Shown: one piece after another, positions 8,965 to 16,876 of the stretch
Position numbering within the stretch: position 1 is the first letter of the stretch
Layout: each line of letters opens with the position of its first letter
Source: Candidatus Heimdallarchaeota archaeon
GTDB taxonomy: Archaea; Asgardarchaeota; Heimdallarchaeia; Heimdallarchaeales; Heimdallarchaeaceae
NCBI GenBank assembly: GCA_030668825.1
Contig: DAOVET010000044.1
Span: forward strand, 1 to 20,065
DNA length: 20,065 nt
Direction of reading: 5' to 3'
Program-made: the position numbers and the translations under genes
The notes under the pieces: generated by a model
The model's input: the letters and a program-made list of their open reading frames with translations, nothing else
Told to the model about the DNA's origin: nothing
The model's database searches: none

Positions 8965-9954
8965 ATGAGAAAAATTATTTCTTGCATCGTGTTTGTTGTT
9001 TTACTGGTAGGGGTGATGTTTTCTCAAATAGTAGGTTCAAATGTCAGTGATGAAGTGGATCCTAATAATCACAATTATCCTGTCTATAATCTAATTAATC
9101 TAGCTTTGAACAATCAAACAAGTACCAATCTCTCTGCACAAATTATGATTTTCAATCAAACTACCCAAGAATGGGAACTCAACCAACAACTGATTGAAGT
9201 AATAGAACAAGATATGCAAACACTTGCAACAACCATTGAAAAACTTTCAGAGATCTACCTATATTCTTTAAATACTTCGTTTTCACCTGGTTCCCTTAAC
9301 TTTCTGCTAGTTACAAAGATTAATCTTGCTCAAAATGCTGTAACAACTATTCTTTCTGCTATCTCTTCTGACACTGAAAAGTGGTGGTATGTAAAGCATG
9401 CTTCTTATCCAATTATAGATTTAAGTGAAATTGCTGTTGAAGGAAGTTTCAAATATAATGTAATAGATGCGATGGATATACAGACAGGTTATTATATTTA
9501 CTTTGAAAATGGTTCTGAATCTTTTGTTTGTAGAGAACAGAATGGGCTCTCTGCTTCCCTTTGGCTATTCAATGGAACAGATTGGGTGCCTAATGTAGCT
9601 TTTCGTCAATTATTAGAAACTGATCTTCTAGGATTAAAACAAAGGATAACAGAAATTAAAGACCTTGAAGCGCGTTATCTCCATCCTACATTTAATCGAG
9701 ATCCAGAAAAAATTTACTATAAAAATATTTTTACCTTTGCGGTTGGAATTAATTATACAAAATGTTTAGGTACTGAAAAACAATTGAAAACCTTTTTCTT
9801 GCTTTATAGTGCCTTAGAACAGTTTTGGTATGTAGAAAGGATTCTCTATATAAGAATCGAGAAAACTGTAAATATCTCTTGGTTCTCTCTATTATCAATT
9901 TTTGTTCTTCCTATTCTGCTTTTATATAAACGAAAGAGAAATCACATCGAGTAA
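8965..9954 (+). CDS. Hypothetical secreted protein with C-terminal membrane anchor
   Basis: N-terminal signal peptide, several N-x-S/T sequons, and a C-terminal hydrophobic helix followed by KRKR. Confidence 0.75.
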   Translation: MRKIISCIVFVVLLVGVMFSQIVGSNVSDEVDPNNHNYPVYNLINLALNNQTSTNLSAQIMIFNQTTQEWELNQQLIEVIEQDMQTLATTIEKLSEIYLYSLNTSFSPGSLNFLLVTKINLAQNAVTTILSAISSDTEKWWYVKHASYPIIDLSEIAVEGSFKYNVIDAMDIQTGYYIYFENGSESFVCREQNGLSASLWLFNGTDWVPNVAFRQLLETDLLGLKQRITEIKDLEARYLHPTFNRDPEKIYYKNIFTFAVGINYTKCLGTEKQLKTFFLLYSALEQFWYVERILYIRIEKTVNISWFSLLSIFVLPILLLYKRKRNHIE

Positions 9955-10166
9955 CAATGACAGTTTCTTGATGAAAATAATAACTGGAAGAATATAGAAC
10001 TAGGAATTGCGGGAAGATATTCTCACCAACCAGAGACTATATATCAAGATATTAGTGAGATGAATATAATTCCTAGCCACAATAATCTTTTTCATTGCTA
10101 TGTAAACGATCAATAAATTTTCTTCCCACAATACTTATAATTTCATAATAACTAGCTTTGCTTTAA

Positions 10167-12467
10167 GTGAAAAAAAAAATGAAAAAGAAACTAGTATTGG
10201 GAATCATAGTTATTGTGGTTATACTTTCAACAAGTATATTCAGAATACAACCAATCTTTGCTTCTAATTACACATACCAATTAACTAATCCTGCGATTAG
10301 GTCCTTAGTTCCACTAGATCCTATAGTAATTGTTAATGATGATAATTTCACAGATTATGGTTTTCTTGGATCTGGAACTTCAGAAGAACCATATTTAATT
10401 GAAAATTATGAAATTATTACTTCTAGTGACACAGGTATTTATATTACTGGTACAACAAAACACTTTGTTATTCGCAACTGTTATGTTCATGCATATTGGG
10501 ATGGTATAGTTATTGAATATGCAGCTGAAGGAACAGTTTCTATTTCTAATACTACTTGCAGTAACAATAGAGGGGATGGAATTAGAGTATTCTATTCAAA
10601 TAATGCAACCCTGACTAATAACATTTGCAACAATAACTACTATTGGAGAAGTAAAGGTATCTCATTATCCCATTCTTCAGGATCTACAGTTATAAATAAT
10701 ACTTGTAATATTAACTATTATTACGGTATTTTTGTACGCTATTCACCTGAAACCGTTTTAATAAACAATACTTGTCAAGCTAATCATTGGGGTATTTTTC
10801 TAGAATACTCCTTTGGAGCTTCTATAATTAATAGCATTTTTACGAATAACTATTATGTTGGTATAAGTATAATGGATTCATCAGAAATTATTGTGACCAA
10901 TAATAATTGCAGCAATAATGGGTATACTGGTTTAGCAATAACTAGTTCACCAGAAGCTGTGATAATCAATAATGTATGTAATAACAATTATTTATCACAC
11001 GGTCTTTCTATGTACTATTCAGCTAGAGCGACACTGATTAACAACACTTGCAATAACAATAAATATCAGGGTATCTTTATATCTGGTTCAGCAGGATCGA
11101 CTTTAATCAACAATACTATACAGAATAATGGTTTTTATGTCTCAGAAGATTCTATTGAATCTTACCTAAATTATACTTTAGAGAACAACTTGGTAAATGG
11201 TAAGAAAATAGGTTTTTATATCAATCAAGATGGATTGATTTTATCAGAACCAGGCTATGCACAATATATTCTGATTAATTGCTCAGAAGTAGTGATATGT
11301 AACCAAGAATTAACTAATACTGCTTCTAGTATAGATCTTAAATGGTGTGACAATGCGACAATAATCAATAATACATGCAATGACAATGATTATGAGAGCA
11401 TTAATGTAGAAAATTCCACAAATGTTATGCTGATTAATAATATTTGTAATAGTAATAGAGATGGCATTTCTGTATCTTTTTCTTTCGAGATTATTCTGGA
11501 AAACAATACGTGCAACTACAATTCCCATGATGGAATTTCTGTTGAATATACTACAGATGTAATGTTGCAAAACAACACATGCTTCAATAATGAGCGGGAT
11601 GGTTTTCATATATTACTTTCTGATGATGCATGGATATTGAACAATACGTGCAATGATAATCTAGATGAGAATATTCATGTGCTAGCTTGTCCAGGAGTTG
11701 TATTGGAAAATAATGTATGTAATGGAATTTATTTGCGTTTTTCACCTAATGCTACACTAACAAACAATTTTTGTTATGACAATGATTGGGGGATTAGGGT
11801 AGAGCTTTCTTCTTATATAGTTTTAATAGACAATATATGCCAAAATAACTATTTTGGAGGAATCCGCCTATATCATTCTTCATGGGCGACACTAACAAAA
11901 AACGTTTGCAACAATAATGATGATGGTATTTTAGTTCAAGGTTCATCATTTGTTACACTGACAGATAATACTTGTAATGAAAATAATTATGTAGGTATTT
12001 ATTTAGTAGGTGGGTCAAGTTCGTTAATTTCTAATAACACATGCAAATACAACAACTGGGGAATCGGATTGAGTAATTCAGTTTCTTGTCTAATAACATA
12101 CAACCTTCTGAAAGAAAATGAAGAATATGGTATTGCTATAGAATCTGGTTCCGATGGAAACACCATACACCATAATATTTTCATATCTAATAATCTTGGA
12201 GGTACTTCTTATGCTTATGGAGGTACTTCTCAAGCATACGATATGGGAACCAACAACACCTGGTATGAAGAAGAAACCAAAGAAGGCAATTTCTGGTCTG
12301 ATTGGGATAAGAAGAAACCTTATCCTATAGATGGTAGTGTTGAATCCACAGATCTTTACCCATTGAATGAAAACATGGAAAGGATAAACTATAGCTCTGT
12401 AATATTAATATCTTCAATTATGTTATTATCAGTTGTTGGAACATATATGAGACGAAAAAAAGTTTAA
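10167..12467 (+). CDS. Right-handed parallel beta-helix repeat (NosD/CASH-like) cell-surface protein
   Basis: Signal peptide, many approximately 22-aa repeats GI.L..S....L.NN.C..N, the GNFWSD...PYPIDG...DLYPL end motif, and a C-terminal TM helix plus RRKK. Start may be ATG 10179. Confidence 0.92.
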   Translation: MKKKMKKKLVLGIIVIVVILSTSIFRIQPIFASNYTYQLTNPAIRSLVPLDPIVIVNDDNFTDYGFLGSGTSEEPYLIENYEIITSSDTGIYITGTTKHFVIRNCYVHAYWDGIVIEYAAEGTVSISNTTCSNNRGDGIRVFYSNNATLTNNICNNNYYWRSKGISLSHSSGSTVINNTCNINYYYGIFVRYSPETVLINNTCQANHWGIFLEYSFGASIINSIFTNNYYVGISIMDSSEIIVTNNNCSNNGYTGLAITSSPEAVIINNVCNNNYLSHGLSMYYSARATLINNTCNNNKYQGIFISGSAGSTLINNTIQNNGFYVSEDSIESYLNYTLENNLVNGKKIGFYINQDGLILSEPGYAQYILINCSEVVICNQELTNTASSIDLKWCDNATIINNTCNDNDYESINVENSTNVMLINNICNSNRDGISVSFSFEIILENNTCNYNSHDGISVEYTTDVMLQNNTCFNNERDGFHILLSDDAWILNNTCNDNLDENIHVLACPGVVLENNVCNGIYLRFSPNATLTNNFCYDNDWGIRVELSSYIVLIDNICQNNYFGGIRLYHSSWATLTKNVCNNNDDGILVQGSSFVTLTDNTCNENNYVGIYLVGGSSSLISNNTCKYNNWGIGLSNSVSCLITYNLLKENEEYGIAIESGSDGNTIHHNIFISNNLGGTSYAYGGTSQAYDMGTNNTWYEEETKEGNFWSDWDKKKPYPIDGSVESTDLYPLNENMERINYSSVILISSIMLLSVVGTYMRRKKV

Positions 12468-12715
12468 AAAATGAAGAAGTGAAAAATTAGAAATCCCAAC
12501 GATATAGCTTCTTCTTTTCATATTTCTCGTTTTAAATTTATCCAAATTTTTTACTCGATTTTTTGTTTTAACTTTTAATAGTTCAGCTAACCCTCCAATT
12601 TAACTTAAATAAGAAAAATGATAACTTCTAGCAAGTACTTATATAAAACCAATCAAACAAGTACTACGATTCTTCTTGGAAGAATCTAACTTAATGTAGC
12701 GAAGTGGAATTATTA

Positions 12716-14035
12716 ATGAAATTAAGTAAAAACAAGAAGATAACTTTACTAATTATCTTCTCATTAGGAATAATCGCTTTAACTCAAACTCCTCAAACAT
12801 ATGCGTTTTTTGGAGGAAAAGTTAGCGGAAAAGTAACCTATAATGGAAGTGGTTTAAGCAATGCTTTGGTCACTTTATTAATAGATGGAAATGTTGAAGA
12901 TACTTACTACACATCCAGTACAGGATTTTATTCTGTACGTACAGATGACCTGTTACGGGATACTATACCAGTAGAGATAAAAGTAGAAAAAAATGGTTAT
13001 ACAACCATTTACAGAGAGACGTATCTATATCCATGGGTACCAACAACCTTGAATATAGAATATTTAGTAAATTTAAGATGTAAAGGATATGTCTATGATC
13101 ATACAGGAACCGCCTTATCTAGTGCAACTGTAAAACTAATCAAAGTAAGCGGAGGAGCAGTGTTGAAAACTGTTACAACTAACAGCAATGGATATTATGA
13201 CTTTACAAAAAGTGTTATGGAAAACCTTCATTGTAAACTTCAAGTCTCAAAAACAGGATATGAAACTAAATTTATAGAGCTTTATGCGAGTGGTCAAACG
13301 ACTACAGCAAATTTCTATATAGCTTTGACAAGTGCTGAAAGAATTGCTGCTTTCTTTGTATGCACTACTGCAGCACAGTTTGGTTCGGATTATGAAACAT
13401 CGCCCTATGTAGATGGATACATATCTCAGCTAATAAGTGAAGAGGGATTTGATGACTATCGGGAATACTATGATGAAGCAGATTGGGAAGATGCAATTGC
13501 TGAAATTGATACACTGGAAGATGAGGATACATTTGTATTTATTTACATTTTTGCACATGGTAGATCTTATGGTCCAACAACCCAACATACAATAGTTGAA
13601 ATAGCCCCGGATGTAGATATGTATTCAGAAGATTTTGCTGTGGAAATAGCTAAACTGGAATCAAATAATATCATGTTATTAGCAGAAGCATGTATGAGTG
13701 AAGGTTTTGTAAATGATCTTGAAGGGACAGGAGTTTTTGTAATATCAACTGCAAAATTGGATCAATTTGCATACATGGAATGGTATGAAGATGGATATGA
13801 TCCTGATGGACCCCCCCATGAATCATATTTTCCTGGAATGGAAGGGATTTTTTCTAGGTTCTTCTTCGAGTCAATTCATCTATGTAATAGCGACTACACT
13901 GCTTTTCTTTATGCAAGAAATTCAGCTATAGATTATTATTGGGATTATATAGATGGCAACCCTGGAGATATGGGAGGACCACCTGTAGCACAATGTAGTG
14001 ATCAGTGCGTTTACACATGGTTTGAAACTTGGTAA
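12716..14035 (+). CDS. Secreted protein with two carboxypeptidase-regulatory-like beta-sandwich domains and a C-terminal clan CD (caspase/legumain-like) peptidase domain
   Basis: Signal peptide. Two repeats of the type G.V.....LS.A.V.L......T.S.G.Y...V.K.GY.T. FIYIFAHG and LLAEACMSEGF match the His-Gly...Ala-Cys dyad of clan CD. Confidence 0.75.
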   Translation: MKLSKNKKITLLIIFSLGIIALTQTPQTYAFFGGKVSGKVTYNGSGLSNALVTLLIDGNVEDTYYTSSTGFYSVRTDDLLRDTIPVEIKVEKNGYTTIYRETYLYPWVPTTLNIEYLVNLRCKGYVYDHTGTALSSATVKLIKVSGGAVLKTVTTNSNGYYDFTKSVMENLHCKLQVSKTGYETKFIELYASGQTTTANFYIALTSAERIAAFFVCTTAAQFGSDYETSPYVDGYISQLISEEGFDDYREYYDEADWEDAIAEIDTLEDEDTFVFIYIFAHGRSYGPTTQHTIVEIAPDVDMYSEDFAVEIAKLESNNIMLLAEACMSEGFVNDLEGTGVFVISTAKLDQFAYMEWYEDGYDPDGPPHESYFPGMEGIFSRFFFESIHLCNSDYTAFLYARNSAIDYYWDYIDGNPGDMGGPPVAQCSDQCVYTWFETW

Positions 14036-14253
14036 TGATTATTAAATTACCATTTTTTTTTCTAGAAACTAGAGATTTTTTTCCCTTTTCTGAACCAATT
14101 CAAAAATAGGTGAAAAACAGGAAAATGAACTGAAAGAGTGTAATAGCTTTAAGAGCAACAAAAGGAAATTTCAAAGACATAATAGATTTCAATCTCTCTT
14201 ATAAATATATAAGGTATTTACAATTGAAAAAAATGAAAATAATAAAAGTAGGG

Positions 14254-14298
14254 TTAATTCGACCCCATAATTTCTCCATCTTCTGTATAGTCCATTTT
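14254..14298 (-). repeat. Short orphan fhs 3' end, remnant R2
   Basis: Encodes KMDYTEDGEIMGSN* versus RMDYTEDGDIIGLN* in fhs. The flank AATAATAAAAGTAGGG (about 14238-14253) matches the flank of the intact gene. Confidence 0.9.
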
Positions 14299-14390
14299 AT
14301 AACTTGTCAGGGCTCAAATCCCTGCAACTTTTGTCCAAAACTTACATATTTATAGGAATTTTAAGTTGTTAGAATTAGAGGTATTATATT

Positions 14391-14729
14391 ATGAAGAAAT
14401 TTTTAGTAACATATCATGCCCCTGTTTCTTTTCATGAGAAGATGAGAAATGCAACTCCTGAAGTGCATCAAAAAATGATACAAGCTTGGATGAGTTGGGC
14501 ACAAGAAAATAAAAGCAATCTTGTTGACTTTGGAACACCATTAGCTAATGGAAAATCTTTGTCAAAGGATGGTACTTCACCTGGTAACAAAGAGTTAAGC
14601 GGATATTTCATCTTTCAAGCAGAAAGTATTGATGAAGCTGTAATCTTATTAAAAAATCATCCTCACTTGTTATCAGATGATTCATGCACATTGGAAATAC
14701 ATGAACTCATGCCTTTACCGAACATGTAA
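14391..14729 (+). CDS. YciI/DGPF-family dimeric alpha-beta barrel protein
   Basis: W.SW......LVDFGTPL...ELSGYFIFQAESIDEAV.LLKNHPH......LEIHE pattern. GAGGT RBS upstream. Confidence 0.85.
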   Translation: MKKFLVTYHAPVSFHEKMRNATPEVHQKMIQAWMSWAQENKSNLVDFGTPLANGKSLSKDGTSPGNKELSGYFIFQAESIDEAVILLKNHPHLLSDDSCTLEIHELMPLPNM

Positions 14730-14860
14730 AGCTTGTACCATCCGTACTAGTAAGTTGTAATGTTAATGATTGTTTAAATCACAAAAAGAGATAATTCCTT
14801 TCTTCAATTTAATTATATTCAAAAGCAAAAAGTAATTGTTAAAAAGAAAAGAAAATAGGA

Positions 14861-14913
14861 CTAGTTTAACCCTATGATTTCTCCATCTTCAGTATAGTCC
14901 ATTTTGTTAGCAG
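14861..14913 (-). repeat. Short orphan fhs 3' end, remnant R3
   Basis: Encodes ANKMDYTEDGEIIGLN* (TAG stop), collinear with 16863-16915. Confidence 0.92.
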
Positions 14914-14986
14914 ATTATGTTGGTCACAGAATAACACAACAAGATTTGAAAATGTTAAGCCAGGAATTTTGAAATAATTGAAATTA

Positions 14987-16675
14987 CTAACTTGACACTA
15001 TAGTTGTTGTATAAGGAACAAAAACGACAGAGAAGTAAATTTCTGCATATCTTTTTGCGAAAACAAAAGTAATTTGTTCTCCTACTGTAAATGTCTGGTT
15101 TATACTCCCAATAATTTCAAAATTTCCGTACCCTATAATAATAATTGAACGACCATTGTGAGGACTACCAATATACGTTGTAATTGTATCAGATGAATTG
15201 AATATTGAAATGTTATTTATAGGATAATATGAATCATAGAAGGAATTGTTATCCGTATCAATCACTAACGAAGTAATGAAAATAAAAGAACCTTGAGCTT
15301 CAAGAGGAACATTAGAAAAATTTATGGCGACAGAAACCTTAAAATTAAATGTTCCGTTTGATAAGAAATTTGCTTCGGTAATCAAACATTCTCTTTCTAT
15401 TTGCATATCTAACCCAATTTTGGATTCTAAGGAGTAGAAATCACTTAAATCAACAAACAATGGTAGTGCAAAAAACGAGGAACAAAGAATCAAGGTTAAG
15501 AGAAAATAATTAGCAATTTGTATCGATAATTTTTTAGAAAAATTCCTTTTTGCAGAAACTTCATTTAACCTATCATGAGAGTTTATGTGCCGTTTATCTT
15601 TTTTCTTCAATTTTCGAATATATTTGAGAGCTAGAATTGTGATAAAAAATAATAAAAAGGGTTCAAACTCTACTTGAAATAATTTAACAAGAATTTCAAA
15701 ATTAAGATTACCCTCTAGAAGAAATAATGATCCGTAGAAAAAATAAAATAACCAAAGAATCACACCGATAGAGAGAAAAAGTAGAAATTTCTTCTTTGAA
15801 TATTTAAAATCCTCTTTTCTAGAAAAGTGAAATGGCTCTTTGATATTATTGAACAGTATGAAAAATAATAAAATAAATGCAAAAGAAGAAAAAACATAAT
15901 ACGCGGATAAAACAGGTTGACTATTGGTTTTCTTGTTTAGTGCAAATAGATAAGAGAAAATAACCATATTTCCATCACCTGATATAAACAAAGTAACAGG
16001 CATGAGTATCACATAATATTTAATCACATCAACAGATTCTTTGCTAAAAGGGATTTGGTTATTATCCCTATTCATAAATGATTTGGTTGGAATAAACAAT
16101 AGGAACAAACCCTGAAAAAGCAAGAGCAGCGCTACTATAAATATTAATAATAGATAAGTTCTGGAAAAAATCACTTCAATAGAATATATAGCTTCACTAG
16201 CAGGAAGTGCGTTCCAAAGACTTATCACACTGAATTTCAACGATGTACCGGTTATTAATAGATGTATAATGGTTCTAACCGCCAAATATATTGAAGTTAA
16301 GCCAGTTTTTCTAGGAAAGAATCTGCTGAAAACCAAATTGAGGAGAAAAATTATCAAAAATAATTCAAAAAAAAGTGCTACAGGAAGATTTTTTGCTAAA
16401 AGTATCATGTCAGCTCCTCTAACGAGGAAAGCGCTTGAATTTGTTGCAATTTGTGAAGCATCTAGTAAAAATGAATTTGTTGTCACATGTAAAATCTTTA
16501 TCTGGGTAAGCATTATAGTGAAGGAGAAAATTATAATATTAATACATAAAAAAATAGTATTAGTAACTTTGTTCTCAAAAATTACTAAAAACTTAATTTT
16601 TTCGTTTTTGAAGAACTTACTCATTTTCATATTTCTTTCAATTTCTGAATAATAAACATTTTCAATAAAGGACAA
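14987..16675 (-). CDS. Hypothetical polytopic membrane protein with C-terminal beta-rich extracellular domain
   Basis: 562-aa ORF, very AT-rich, about 9-10 hydrophobic segments, then a soluble domain with N-x-S/T sequons. Start uncertain, possibly at the internal MKMSK. Confidence 0.7.
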   Translation of the reverse strand: MSFIENVYYSEIERNMKMSKFFKNEKIKFLVIFENKVTNTIFLCINIIIFSFTIMLTQIKILHVTTNSFLLDASQIATNSSAFLVRGADMILLAKNLPVALFFELFLIIFLLNLVFSRFFPRKTGLTSIYLAVRTIIHLLITGTSLKFSVISLWNALPASEAIYSIEVIFSRTYLLLIFIVALLLLFQGLFLLFIPTKSFMNRDNNQIPFSKESVDVIKYYVILMPVTLFISGDGNMVIFSYLFALNKKTNSQPVLSAYYVFSSFAFILLFFILFNNIKEPFHFSRKEDFKYSKKKFLLFLSIGVILWLFYFFYGSLFLLEGNLNFEILVKLFQVEFEPFLLFFITILALKYIRKLKKKDKRHINSHDRLNEVSAKRNFSKKLSIQIANYFLLTLILCSSFFALPLFVDLSDFYSLESKIGLDMQIERECLITEANFLSNGTFNFKVSVAINFSNVPLEAQGSFIFITSLVIDTDNNSFYDSYYPINNISIFNSSDTITTYIGSPHNGRSIIIIGYGNFEIIGSINQTFTVGEQITFVFAKRYAEIYFSVVFVPYTTTIVSS

Positions 16676-16731
16676 TTATATACTCAATTATTAACATATT
16701 ACTCTCAAAGAAATCACTCAACGAGCTAGAT

Positions 16732-16860
16732 ATGTCCAATATTACTCAAATAGAAGAATTCAGAGAAGTTGTCAGAAATATTCGTCAAACCTACAATCTC
16801 TTTCCTTTGGAAGACGCCAAAGAACTGGAATTTCTAGAAAAAAGAAATAATAAAAAGTAG
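16732..16860 (+). pseudogene. Small ORF or 3' tail of a lost gene convergent with fhs
   Basis: MSNITQIEEFREVVRNIRQTYNLFPLEDAKELEFLEKRNNKK*. The frame is open from 16669 and stops 2 nt from the fhs stop. A similar tail (KLEFLKNKK) lies next to remnant R1 at 8594-8620. Confidence 0.45.
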
Positions 16861-16876
16861 GGTTAGTTTAACCCTA
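16858..16876. repeat. Inverted repeat spanning the fhs stop codon
   Basis: TAGGGTTA-GTT-TAACCCTA is a perfect 8-bp stem, followed on the minus strand by T-rich sequence (terminator-like). Confidence 0.6.

Noticed and set aside
12198-12239. 21-bp tandem duplication (GGTSYAY/GGTSQAY) in the beta-helix gene
   Set aside because: Ordinary in-frame micro-duplication in a repeat protein.
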